A stretch of 50,011 bases of DNA from Candidatus Heimdallarchaeota archaeon (GTDB lineage: Archaea > Asgardarchaeota > Heimdallarchaeia > Hodarchaeales > Hodarchaeaceae), in assembly GCA_019057635.1 (NCBI GenBank), contig DXJL01000177.1:1-50011 (forward strand). Reading direction: 5' to 3'. Shown here piece by piece: positions 28,474 through 38,506 of the stretch. The stretch's first letter is position 1, and each line of letters begins with the position of its first letter. Below the pieces are notes generated by a model. That model was not told the DNA's origin and ran no database searches. It saw nothing but the letters and a program-made list of their open reading frames with translations. Made by a program: the position numbers and the translations under genes.

Positions 28474-28590
28474 ATTACAACAAAAAATTAGGTTACTGAA
28501 ATGATACTTCTAAATACATGATAACTATCATTATTTAAAAACAATACATAACTTGTTCCTGAAACGAGAGGAAGAAAGGGATCGAAATTC

Positions 28591-30009
28591 CTAGGGAAAC
28601 AGAACAATTTCCCCCAGATTTGAACAATTAACAAGTAAAAGATGGATATCCATCACATTCGTCCCTGTTGGCCCTAACAAGATCAAAGATTTTCCTAGCT
28701 TTAGAAAAAAGTTTGTTAAATCATTATTCTCCTGGTATTGGTCTAAAGCAAGGTTCCTCTTATTAAAAAGTTTCAGTAAATATTTATCACAAATAGCACC
28801 TGCATAATCTGAATTTCCATCAATTCCATCAGTTCCAATAGATACAAATGAAATATCAGGAGAAGGATCATTAGCACTTATTTCCTTAAGAAACGCTGCT
28901 ACCACTTCTTGATTTCTTCCTCCAGTCCCATTTCCTTTAACTTTTACAATAGGTTCACCCCCTGAGATGTACAATACTGGAGTAGAATTTCCTTTACCAA
29001 TTTTAAGTCCCAATTTTGCCATCTGCGCTCCTACTTCCCGAGCATTTCCGTCTACTAAACGTTCATCATTAATTACTTTTAAACCCGCTTTACTTGTGGC
29101 ATTGAATATAGCTTGTCGAGCAACTGTATTCGACCCAATTACAAAATGGTGGAATCGCGAGAAAATTGGATTTTTTGGTTTAGGTGTTTCAGCTATTACG
29201 CCCATTACCCCCTTGGTTAGTACCTCATATACACTCTTCGGTAAAACTTTTTTTGATAAATTATATTTATTCAAAAGATTGATTACGTCATTATATGTGC
29301 TTGTATCAGGAGAAAATGGACCAGATGCAATGCTCTCAATTTGATCACCAATCACATCAGAAATTAGTAGGATTATTGACATTGCAGGGATTAATTGAGC
29401 TACTTTACCACCTTTAATTTGTGATATATGTTTTCTAATCACATTAATTTCATGGATTGACATCCCTGAATGGAGAAGTGCCATATTAAGAGCTTCTAGG
29501 TCGTTCATCGTTATTGGTGGTATGGGAGCGGACCATAATGCAGATCCTCCCCCGCTTATTAAGCTAATAACAAGATCGTCAGGGGAAATTTCTTGAATAA
29601 ATTTCATGGTTTTCTGTGTGTTTTCGGAGTTTATTTCTGAGGGAAATGGATGTGTGGATTCCAAACATTGAATTTTTCCAAGATTTAGAGATTTCTTTAC
29701 ACCTATTGGGACACAAATAATGCCTGTTAGCGGAACTCCCTCTAATACCGCCTCGACTGCTTCTGCCATACGTCCAACAGCTTTCCCTGTTCCAATCAGA
29801 CGAACTTGCTTATTTTTCAGATCCAGCTTTAAATGGGCGATTGTGAGCGACTGGGAGTTCGAATCATACTGAATATTATTGGTTACTATTTCGAAAGGAT
29901 TAACGGCTTCTATTCCAATTTTGAGAAGCTGAAAAAGAAATTTTCTTACATTAATCTCATTTGAATCAAGAGGTAAATCGAGAAGGCTTTTTTGATTTTT
30001 TATTTCCAT
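28591..30009 (-). CDS. Glycerate 2-kinase (MOFRL / class II family)
   Basis: GTGKA, ISGGGSAL, RKHISQIKGG, ISDVIGD, GGRNQE, TDGIDG, GPTGTNVMD. Start ATG 30009 avoids overlap with the upstream gene. Confidence 0.93.
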   Translation of the reverse strand: MEIKNQKSLLDLPLDSNEINVRKFLFQLLKIGIEAVNPFEIVTNNIQYDSNSQSLTIAHLKLDLKNKQVRLIGTGKAVGRMAEAVEAVLEGVPLTGIICVPIGVKKSLNLGKIQCLESTHPFPSEINSENTQKTMKFIQEISPDDLVISLISGGGSALWSAPIPPITMNDLEALNMALLHSGMSIHEINVIRKHISQIKGGKVAQLIPAMSIILLISDVIGDQIESIASGPFSPDTSTYNDVINLLNKYNLSKKVLPKSVYEVLTKGVMGVIAETPKPKNPIFSRFHHFVIGSNTVARQAIFNATSKAGLKVINDERLVDGNAREVGAQMAKLGLKIGKGNSTPVLYISGGEPIVKVKGNGTGGRNQEVVAAFLKEISANDPSPDISFVSIGTDGIDGNSDYAGAICDKYLLKLFNKRNLALDQYQENNDLTNFFLKLGKSLILLGPTGTNVMDIHLLLVNCSNLGEIVLFP

Positions 30010-30019
30010 AGTCGGTCCC

Positions 30020-31588
30020 TTACTTCCTTTTCCCATATCCCCCACCTCCAGGTGTTTTAATCATCAATGTATCTCCCGATGAAAGTTCCGTAATAGTCCT
30101 TCCTGGAAGATTTATTACTTCACCATTCCGTTTTCTAACATAATTGGCCCCCTTCGCTCCAGGTTGCCCTCCATATAAACCATACGGTGAAAAAGCCCTT
30201 CTTTCAGACTGAATTGAGATTGTAGTATCAATTAAGCATTCAATTTCCTTTTCAATTCCATTTCCTCCTGTGTTTTTACCCTTTCCCCCTGAATTTTGCC
30301 TAATGGCATATTTCTTAACTCTAAATGGAAAAATAAGTTCGAATGCTTCAATTGGAGTGTTTAACGTATTTGTCATGTGACTATGGATAGCTGATGTACC
30401 TTTATGAAATTTTCCAGCCCCTGTGCCTCCTCCCAAAGTCTCATAGTAAGTAAATGGAGTAACTCCTTTTGTAGATCCGAGGGATATGTTATTCATAGTC
30501 CCTTGAGAAGCGGCTGGTATTTCGGAAAATGATTGAGCTAATGCTCCCAATAGAACGTCAACTATTCTCTGGGAAGTTTCCACATTTCCACTTGAAACTG
30601 CAGCTGGAATTTTAGGATCAAGAAGAATCCCAGCTGGTATTTTAATTTCAATGTTCCTAAATAGACCTGCATTAGTCATAATAGAAGGATCTGTAAGTAC
30701 TCTGAATACATAATATACACATGAGTACACCACACTTTTTGGACAATTTACATTGCCTATCTGCTGTTTATCTGTCCCCTCAAATGATACAATCACCTTA
30801 TCCTTAAGTTTATGCATCGCCACTTGAATCTTTACAGGATTTTCAGTTATTCCGTTGGAGTCCAAGTAATCACAAAATTTAAGTGTCTTATCTGGAAAAT
30901 TTCCGAGATGTGATCTAAAAGAATCTTCTGATAATTCCATTAATTGTGTTATGGAATTTAAAAGAAAATCTCTGCCATAATCCGTTGCTAATTCCTTTAA
31001 TCGATCCTCTCCTCGAATTAGTGCCGCACGCTGAGCTCGAAAATCACCAAGACGCTCCTCCTTCACACGGACGTTAGATAAGATAAGATTCAAGATATCA
31101 TCATTTTCTACTCCATTAGAATACAATTTGACTGGTGGAATAATCAAACCTTCCTGATATATCTCCGTAGAGGTACCAGGCATGCTTCCGGGCGTAGAAC
31201 CACCAATATCTGAATGATGAGCCCTATTAGTAACAAAAAAGGTCAATTTATTCTCTATAAACACGGGTAAAATAAAAGAGATGTCTGGGAGATGAGTACC
31301 CCCTGAAAAAGGAGAATTTAAAATTATAATATCTCCCGGATTGAAGGAATTCACATCATATTGGGCTAATAATGTGTCCATGGATGAAAACATAGCCCCT
31401 AAATGGACAGGAATATGTTCTGCTTGTGCTACCAATTCTCCTTCGGAATTAAAAATAGCACATGAGAAGTCAAGACGCTCCTTACAATTAGCACTGAATG
31501 AAGCACGACGAAGGACGATTCCCATTTCTTCGGCAATATTCTCTAGAGCTTTCTGGATCACACTTAAGCTAATGAGATCAAGTTTCAT
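30020..31588 (-). CDS. Hydantoinase B / 5-oxoprolinase subunit
   Basis: KERLDFSCAIF, HIPVHLG, GGTHLPD, HHSDIGG, SQGTMNN, TPGGGGYG. Confidence 0.95.
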   Translation of the reverse strand: MKLDLISLSVIQKALENIAEEMGIVLRRASFSANCKERLDFSCAIFNSEGELVAQAEHIPVHLGAMFSSMDTLLAQYDVNSFNPGDIIILNSPFSGGTHLPDISFILPVFIENKLTFFVTNRAHHSDIGGSTPGSMPGTSTEIYQEGLIIPPVKLYSNGVENDDILNLILSNVRVKEERLGDFRAQRAALIRGEDRLKELATDYGRDFLLNSITQLMELSEDSFRSHLGNFPDKTLKFCDYLDSNGITENPVKIQVAMHKLKDKVIVSFEGTDKQQIGNVNCPKSVVYSCVYYVFRVLTDPSIMTNAGLFRNIEIKIPAGILLDPKIPAAVSSGNVETSQRIVDVLLGALAQSFSEIPAASQGTMNNISLGSTKGVTPFTYYETLGGGTGAGKFHKGTSAIHSHMTNTLNTPIEAFELIFPFRVKKYAIRQNSGGKGKNTGGNGIEKEIECLIDTTISIQSERRAFSPYGLYGGQPGAKGANYVRKRNGEVINLPGRTITELSSGDTLMIKTPGGGGYGKRK

Positions 31589-33629
31589 ATTCTGTTTTAT
31601 CCTCCTGTATTCTTTTCATGATAATGTGTCCGTCTTCGAGAACCTCCATCATCCATCCGCTATCAACAAGAATGGTGGAATCAGCCTGTTCAATTATACT
31701 TGGTCCAATAATCTTATTTCCTGAACACAGATGTAATTTTCTATAAACATTTACTTCTTCCCATTTACCATGAAGAAAAACTCTTCGTACTTCTACAAAA
31801 CTTTCTGGAGAGGGTTCTTCTTCTCCGTGAGGCAGCTTTGCCAAAGAAAATTTAGGAAGTTGTACAAATGCTGAAACACGAATATTTATAATCTCGTGAG
31901 GTGCTTCTGGAGTGGAATAGCCATATGCTTGCTCGTGGGCCTTATCGAAAGACTCTGAAATTTCTTTTACACTTTCACTAAAAGGTACTGTAATTTCATA
32001 AGATTGACCGACAAGCCTAATATCGACACTTTTATCAATAAGAATCTCGTTTTGACTAAAACCGTCTTCAATACACAATTTTATTCCATCATGAACGAGT
32101 TCTTCGAATGAAGAATCCAATAGAGGTAAAACTAACTGGTTTAAAGGCTTAATGATAGATTTAATAAAATTATGTTTAATATCAGCAGTCAATAAACCGA
32201 AAGCTGACCATACACCTGGATAAGGAGGAACTATGACTTTTGATATTGATAATCGGTCGGCAAGCGAACAGGCATGTAAAGGCCCGCCTCCTCCAAAACA
32301 GCAGAGGGCGAAGTTACGACTATCTAACCCTTTTTCAGTACTCACTTTTCGCAAAGCTAAAGCGATATTGTTCTCAAAAACCTCAATTACTCCTTCAGCG
32401 GCCTCTTCAAGTGATTTCAGATATAGATTTTCTGAAAGTTTGATCATTACTTCTTCTGCTTTTTCTGAACTAATTTTAATGGTACCACTACAGAAAAAAT
32501 TAGGATTAAGGAGACGCCGTATTAGATTGGCATCGGTAACAGTGGGATTATTCCCTCCCTTCTCATAACAGGCTGGACCTGGATCAGCTCCAGCACTTTC
32601 TGGGCCAACATTTAGTATTCCATGTTTTTGTCTAGCTATCGACCCACCACCAGCTCCGATTGTTTGAACCGCGATTGTTGGTAAAGGAATAGGATGATCT
32701 GATATTGTATTTTCTGAGGTTATTTCAATTTTTCCATTAACAATACTGGCGACGTCTGTCGAAGTTCCTCCGATATCTAATGTTATGACGTCTTTAAGCT
32801 GCAACAGTTGAGAAGAATAATACCCCCCAAGAACTCCTCCAGCCAGACCGGAAAGAACCGTTTCTACAGATTTTTCTGCTGCATTTTTTATTTGAGTAAC
32901 TCCCCCAGAGGATAATAAAATTAAAGGAGGATTAGTAATATCTTGTTTCTGTATAACTTCCAGAAACGAATCAAAGTAATTTTTCATTATAGGGGCGATG
33001 TATGCATCAAGAACAGTTACACTAGTTCGATCAAATTCTCGAAATACTGGTAATACCCAACTTGACCGTGAGATATGTAAATTAGGAAGAACTTCCTTTA
33101 TCTTTTGACCAATCATTATTTCATGAGTTGGATTGAAAAACGAAAATAATAGCGAAATTGCTAAAGATTGCACCCCTAATTTCTGAATCTTTTCGATAAT
33201 CTCATTTATTCCATCCGTATCTAGTGGTACAACAATGTTTCCTTCTGAGTCGAGTCGTTCTGAAATACCAAATCTTAATTCTCTTGGTATCAATGGGTCA
33301 ACTCTTTTTGGGTAAAATGAATAGAGATTGGAACGATTTTGACGACCGATTTCAATGACATCTGTAAACCCCTCTGTTGCTACTAATGCTGTTTTTACTC
33401 CTTTTTGTTCTAATATGGCATTTGTCGCAACTGTTGTCCCGTGCACAACAACATCTAAATTCGAAAGTTTAATTGATTTTTCTTTAAACAGCTCTAATCC
33501 TTGTTGTGTTCCGATAGATTGATTATTTGGTGTACTTGACACTTTATGAAGAGTAGCTAATCCCTTTTCTGAGTCAACCAATATTAAATCTGTGAAAGTA
33601 CCTCCAATATCAATTCCTAAGCATTTCAT
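31578..33629 (-). CDS. Hydantoinase A / 5-oxoprolinase ATP-binding subunit
   Basis: GIDIGGTFTD, HGTTVATNA, DIGGTSTD, GAGGGS, GPESAGADPGPACY, PTVTDAN. Confidence 0.95.
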   Translation of the reverse strand: MKCLGIDIGGTFTDLILVDSEKGLATLHKVSSTPNNQSIGTQQGLELFKEKSIKLSNLDVVVHGTTVATNAILEQKGVKTALVATEGFTDVIEIGRQNRSNLYSFYPKRVDPLIPRELRFGISERLDSEGNIVVPLDTDGINEIIEKIQKLGVQSLAISLLFSFFNPTHEIMIGQKIKEVLPNLHISRSSWVLPVFREFDRTSVTVLDAYIAPIMKNYFDSFLEVIQKQDITNPPLILLSSGGVTQIKNAAEKSVETVLSGLAGGVLGGYYSSQLLQLKDVITLDIGGTSTDVASIVNGKIEITSENTISDHPIPLPTIAVQTIGAGGGSIARQKHGILNVGPESAGADPGPACYEKGGNNPTVTDANLIRRLLNPNFFCSGTIKISSEKAEEVMIKLSENLYLKSLEEAAEGVIEVFENNIALALRKVSTEKGLDSRNFALCCFGGGGPLHACSLADRLSISKVIVPPYPGVWSAFGLLTADIKHNFIKSIIKPLNQLVLPLLDSSFEELVHDGIKLCIEDGFSQNEILIDKSVDIRLVGQSYEITVPFSESVKEISESFDKAHEQAYGYSTPEAPHEIINIRVSAFVQLPKFSLAKLPHGEEEPSPESFVEVRRVFLHGKWEEVNVYRKLHLCSGNKIIGPSIIEQADSTILVDSGWMMEVLEDGHIIMKRIQEDKTEYET

Positions 33630-33779
33630 ATCTTTACCCAGAATTTAGTTTAGCTTTTTTTAATCTACGTCTGAGAATCCTAAATATCAGGTGGGATAGC
33701 TAGTAGAACTAATGAAAGAAAGATTTAGAGATAGTTATATCTCTTTATGTACAGAGCAATATGGAGTACGGTAACTATA

Positions 33780-34754
33780 CTATGCAATTACGAAGCTAAC
33801 AGCTAGTAACAAACCAAATACAAAATGAATTAATATTGTTTGTCCATTAGCTGGTAGAAGTTCCTTTATTTTATCATAATTTCCATTTGCATGTGTTACA
33901 GCTTTTACAGCAATAGGAAATGTTATCATAGGAAGAAGTGTGATAACAGGTAACCATGATAGTAATACAAATAGTAGTAAAGTAATATAAACTAAAATCA
34001 TCCCCACTGAGTATATCTTAACCGACTTCTTTTTTCCTAGCATGACTACCAAAGTATTTTTGCCTGCTGTAGCATCTGCATCAAAATCTGGAAGCTCGTT
34101 CAGCAACAGAACTAAAGATATCAAGATAGCTATTGGTATGGACACAATGGTTAATAAGGACGAATTAATATGTCCTAACTGTATATAGTACGCAGAAAAG
34201 ACTCCTAAAGGCCCAAAACCTACAAAAACAGCTATTTCTCCTAAACCACGATAACTAAGACTTACAGGTAGCGCTGTATAAAAAAATCCTAACAATACTG
34301 CAACGGATAAGAATATAATCAGCAACACTCCTTGAATTAAGAATAAAATTACTATGGCCGTTACTGATCCAATTATATATGACAGAATGGATGCTTGTAA
34401 TATTCTACGGGGAGCGATAATATCATTTTGGATCATGCGAGAACCACCGTTAAATTGTGAATAGTAAATATTGATATCATCTGTTGAACGGTCATAATAA
34501 TCATTAATTAAGTTTGTCCCTGCATGTATAGATACACCTGCAACTAATGTCAATAATCCTAAAATGAGATCAATCGAGGAAGTTTCATAGTAAGCGATTG
34601 TCATTCCAAGAAGCAACGGTACCAATGAAGCTGTGAAGAAAGGAGCTCTCAACGCAAAAATCCAAATTTGAATCTTCTGTAAAAAAGTAGAGTGTATTTG
34701 CTCATCTTGGGCTGTTAAGTGCATCGATACATCAGTCATGAGAATGAACACCAA
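33780..34754 (-). CDS. menA: 1,4-dihydroxy-2-naphthoate prenyltransferase (MenA/UBIAD1)
   Basis: ALRAPFFTAS, NLINDYYD, GGSR, YRGLGE, NELPDFDADATAGKNTL. Confidence 0.9.
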   Translation of the reverse strand: MVFILMTDVSMHLTAQDEQIHSTFLQKIQIWIFALRAPFFTASLVPLLLGMTIAYYETSSIDLILGLLTLVAGVSIHAGTNLINDYYDRSTDDINIYYSQFNGGSRMIQNDIIAPRRILQASILSYIIGSVTAIVILFLIQGVLLIIFLSVAVLLGFFYTALPVSLSYRGLGEIAVFVGFGPLGVFSAYYIQLGHINSSLLTIVSIPIAILISLVLLLNELPDFDADATAGKNTLVVMLGKKKSVKIYSVGMILVYITLLLFVLLSWLPVITLLPMITFPIAVKAVTHANGNYDKIKELLPANGQTILIHFVFGLLLAVSFVIA

Positions 34755-34865
34755 ATCTTGGCTTTTATGAACACTTACAGAAGATTAAAATGGTTATTGA
34801 TAATTCCTTGTGTACAACGATTACACTTCGCTACTATTGGATGAAATAGGAAAATGGTGAGTTAA

Positions 34866-35072
34866 TTGGTATCCACAAGAGTCTTATCCATCAGAATTAA
34901 CAAAAAAACGCTAGAACACTTGGAAAAGAATGCAAAAATACTAAATCTAAAAATTTCTGTTCTAGCTGCCAAAGTACTAGAAGAAAAAACTGAAGAATGG
35001 TCAAAAGAGTACGCAGCTAGAATTTACCATGAGCTTGGGCTCGATAAAAAGAAAATTTTCGAGGATGAATAA
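34866..35072 (+). CDS. Ribbon-helix-helix (CopG-like) small DNA-binding protein
   Basis: RVLSIRINKKTLEHLEKNAKILNLKISVLAAKVLEE; TTG start after GGTGAG. Confidence 0.7.
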   Translation: MVSTRVLSIRINKKTLEHLEKNAKILNLKISVLAAKVLEEKTEEWSKEYAARIYHELGLDKKKIFEDE

Positions 35073-35073
35073 C

Positions 35074-35853
35074 ATGTCCCTTATTGAATCACTAATACTG
35101 GGAATACCTCTTTTGCTTTGTGCTGGATTTTCCTTACTGAATGGAATGTCATTTTTTCGCATTTTCAGACAAAAAGAGGAACCTATTCTGCTTCATATTT
35201 CGTTAATTTTCATCTCTTCCTGTTCGATTTTCGTGTTTTTCCTTCTTGCAGTTTTTTTACCCGAAATTCCTCCAATTAATTTTTTCCTGCTGGCTAACAT
35301 TTTTGTTTGGGTAATATTTTTGGAAATCGGAAACGCGTACTTCTCTGCATTTTTAAACACTACCAACACATTTGAGCGATACTCTCTACCAATTTTTGGT
35401 GGATCCATAGGTATGTCTGTGTTTACTGCTATTAATCCAGATATTTACTTGCTAGTTGATCCTGTTCGAATTGAGGTCTTTTTATATCTCGCAAGTTTCA
35501 TTTCAGTTATCTATCTTCTTTTCATGGCTTATAAAAGAGTTAATCTCATCTTGGATAATTTTGAAGGCGAAGAAATTAAATTAATGATTCTTGCACAACG
35601 AGTTTCTAGACTAGGTGCTATTACACTTGTATACACCTTTGTTTCTGTATTTTGTTGGCTAGTTTTGAAAGGAATTGAACAATTAAACTTACTCACAGTA
35701 TCTTGGAACATTCTTGATTGGTTGGTATATTTTAATGTAATTTTATACCTAGCCTTCCTACTTGGTGCGTTTATTTATTCTAAAAAGACTGATTATGGTC
35801 AAATTGATCTTCCTTCTATCCTTAATATTTTAGATTCCCCAAAGACGTCATAG
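35074..35853 (+). CDS. Multi-pass (about 7 TM) membrane protein
   Basis: Seven hydrophobic segments. ATG 35074 lies directly after the RHH stop (ORF track start 35029). Confidence 0.7.
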   Translation: MSLIESLILGIPLLLCAGFSLLNGMSFFRIFRQKEEPILLHISLIFISSCSIFVFFLLAVFLPEIPPINFFLLANIFVWVIFLEIGNAYFSAFLNTTNTFERYSLPIFGGSIGMSVFTAINPDIYLLVDPVRIEVFLYLASFISVIYLLFMAYKRVNLILDNFEGEEIKLMILAQRVSRLGAITLVYTFVSVFCWLVLKGIEQLNLLTVSWNILDWLVYFNVILYLAFLLGAFIYSKKTDYGQIDLPSILNILDSPKTS

Positions 35854-35865
35854 TCACTGATTCTC

Positions 35866-36453
35866 ATGGTACAATTAAGAAAAATATTGTGCATTGGTAA
35901 TTCGCATACCGCAGGTTTTCCTCAATTTGATCCTCATTTTGGAGGTAATCTTAAAAGTACCTATGAATTCTGGTTAGAGGTAGATCTTTTAAAGAGATTT
36001 CCCGATTTTTCCTTTGAATTAGATAATGAAGGAATATGTGGGGAATTTTCATCTGATATTTTACGCAGATTATTGATTATTCCGAATTTAAATCAGTATT
36101 CTTGTGTATTGTTGTGGGGAGGAGCCAATGACATAGGGATGGGAAGAAAAATTGAAGATATTTGGCAAACCATTGAACAAGCTTTTCATTATTGCAATTC
36201 GAACCAAATACCGTGTTTTGTACTAACTATTCCACCGATGAACATAGGTGGCCTTGGGAAACATGTTCGAAATTTGAATCAACTAATTCATTCTAATTTG
36301 GATTCGTATGTGATAGATGTATATCCCAGTTTATCAGAAGAAGGGAGGTTAAAACCACGGTGTGGAGTCGGAGACGGAGTGCACTTATCAGTACAGGGAT
36401 ATAAAAACGTAGCTAAAGTAGCCTTCCTCTCTTTAGTAGAATTTTTCACATAA
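35866..36453 (+). CDS. SGNH/GDSL hydrolase
   Basis: GNSHTAG (block I), NEGICG, GGAND, DGVHLSVQGY. Confidence 0.9.
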   Translation: MVQLRKILCIGNSHTAGFPQFDPHFGGNLKSTYEFWLEVDLLKRFPDFSFELDNEGICGEFSSDILRRLLIIPNLNQYSCVLLWGGANDIGMGRKIEDIWQTIEQAFHYCNSNQIPCFVLTIPPMNIGGLGKHVRNLNQLIHSNLDSYVIDVYPSLSEEGRLKPRCGVGDGVHLSVQGYKNVAKVAFLSLVEFFT

Positions 36454-36520
36454 ATAATTTCATTGAGAGACTTTTGTTTTTGCTATTACTTTTCCTCATT
36501 CTAAGAGTGGAAATCACCTG

Positions 36521-37315
36521 CTAGGACAGTTTTTGCACAGTATCAGGTGTAGGTTTAAAAATTTCCCCTTGTACCAGACCTCTATCTATCGCTTTTTCAA
36601 TTTGCTCAAATTTAACACCTTGTTCTTTCGCACGAGAACGTAAAATTGTGAAAGTTACTGCCTCCACCCCTATGGTCGCAAGAATTTCATCCACGCCAGT
36701 TCCTTCTGCATATAAGTCGCTAAATCTTCCTTTAATTTCCTCAACTTGCCCTTCGTCAATCGTCTGTTTATTGAGCGAAATATCAATTAGTGTATTAATC
36801 AAGGTTTTAGGCTCGTTAGAATTGTTCAAATAACAATCCAGATGATAATATTTATGTGTTACAAATCGCCTATCATCATCTAACTCAACTAACGCTGGTT
36901 CTGCGGCTCGTAATGAATTTTTCTCAATTTTTTCTTCACAATGCCTGCATTTACCTCGTGAACTCTTCGCATATTCGAGAAAGGGTTCTTGAATTTGCTG
37001 TTCAGATTTTATCTCTTTTGAAGGTTCAGTTTGTAACATTTGATTCAGGCTCGCTAGTGTATCATTTTGCAAATTCGAATCATCGAGTTTTTCCTTTGTT
37101 AAGAATGAAATTACGTCTTGAATTGCGTAACGAGGAATACATTTTACATGGTAGTAGCGATAAGAGGTAATTACTTCCCCTTTTGGTGTGGTAAATGGCG
37201 AGGGAATTCCAATCCTAGGTATATCCTTGGAAATCTTTTCCTGACACCCTCGACATTTGGATCTTCCTGATTTAGCAAATTCTACCTTTGGATTATCCGA
37301 TCTGTCACTTGACAT
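36521..37315 (-). CDS. Protein with two PARP-type zinc fingers and a C-terminal winged helix
   Basis: EFAKSGRSKCRGC...YHVKC and EYAKSSRGKCRHC...YHLDC. C-terminal IEKAIDRGLVQGEIFKP is winged-helix-like. Confidence 0.88.
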   Translation of the reverse strand: MSSDRSDNPKVEFAKSGRSKCRGCQEKISKDIPRIGIPSPFTTPKGEVITSYRYYHVKCIPRYAIQDVISFLTKEKLDDSNLQNDTLASLNQMLQTEPSKEIKSEQQIQEPFLEYAKSSRGKCRHCEEKIEKNSLRAAEPALVELDDDRRFVTHKYYHLDCYLNNSNEPKTLINTLIDISLNKQTIDEGQVEEIKGRFSDLYAEGTGVDEILATIGVEAVTFTILRSRAKEQGVKFEQIEKAIDRGLVQGEIFKPTPDTVQKLS

Positions 37316-37418
37316 TTTGAATCAAATTTTTATAAATTTCAGTAACCGTACTCCCCTTCTGGATTCAAAGTCATTAAAAATATTTCTCACTAAATACGAT
37401 TGTCTGATTGTTCATAAT

Positions 37419-38372
37419 TTATGATAAAAATGTAAATCGAGTCGTCTTAATATTACTAGAAACTGAACCAGGAGGAGTCGAATACAATTTTGTTGCTTTT
37501 ATGAACTTCTCTAAGTTATTTGTGATAAAAGTAATCATTTCTGTTTTCAGAATGTCGAAATCATATAGATCAGGTATAACATACGTAAAGAAGACAAATA
37601 TTTTATCGAAGCATTTGAAATGCCAAATAACTGAATCATGTAATCTCTTTACGCCGATTAATGACAGACTTTCCCGATATTTACTCATTAAATATTCTCG
37701 TTTGATGTACTGCGATATAGAATTCAGTAACGGATCTGCAACTCCCTGATGTTCCTGCTGTTTTGCTGTTGAAAATAAATAATTCCCTTCATAATCGTAT
37801 ACGAGAATAAAGGACACAAAATCAGCTAAATCTGTCTTGATTTTACTCAGGATATGCTTATAGATGGCGGCGTCTTCACCTAATGGACTTTCCATTGCTT
37901 CTTCAAAGTTTTTTTCCCATGAATCTGCTCCTGACAGATTGGTATCAGTCTGTAAAGGAGCATACTGGCTTAGAAGATGACCTGGAAGCTGTTGAAAATC
38001 TGGTGATGAGGCCATTGATAGTAGACTAATCCCACTTTCTGCTTTTGCATAATCAACATAAATCGGTGAATTGGGTTTACCAGTCAAATCTGTCAGCGTA
38101 GGTTCAAGAATATCTTTAAGTTGAACAATAGCTTCAAGTAAACCTGAAATCAGAACAACATTTTCGTTACTTGCGCGTGTAGAAGGAGTGTCTTTATAAA
38201 CTATTTCACCAAGATCACTAACTTGTACAAATCTCGTATACACAGGCAATCCTCCCTCATCAGAAAGAATCACCAATAAATCTGATCCTCTGAGTGATTT
38301 GGTTTCCAATTGTGTGGATATTCTCTCCTTCGATCTGAGAAGAGATAGATCACTAATTGGTTTTTCCTTCAA
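37419..38372 (-). CDS. Longin/roadblock-like domain protein (probably two units)
   Basis: LLVILSDEGGLPVYTRF...VLISGLLEAI, and a second FILVYDYEGNYLFS unit. Confidence 0.55.
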   Translation of the reverse strand: MKEKPISDLSLLRSKERISTQLETKSLRGSDLLVILSDEGGLPVYTRFVQVSDLGEIVYKDTPSTRASNENVVLISGLLEAIVQLKDILEPTLTDLTGKPNSPIYVDYAKAESGISLLSMASSPDFQQLPGHLLSQYAPLQTDTNLSGADSWEKNFEEAMESPLGEDAAIYKHILSKIKTDLADFVSFILVYDYEGNYLFSTAKQQEHQGVADPLLNSISQYIKREYLMSKYRESLSLIGVKRLHDSVIWHFKCFDKIFVFFTYVIPDLYDFDILKTEMITFITNNLEKFIKATKLYSTPPGSVSSNIKTTRFTFLS

Positions 38373-38506
38373 TCAAACAGTCTCCGATTATAGTACGCAC
38401 TTATGCTAATAATATCTACACATACATTATTACACCTACTAGATATATAAGTGAAACTAGTAAAACAATCCGAGGATTGTTTCCTTCAATCTCAAATGCA
38501 TTATAA

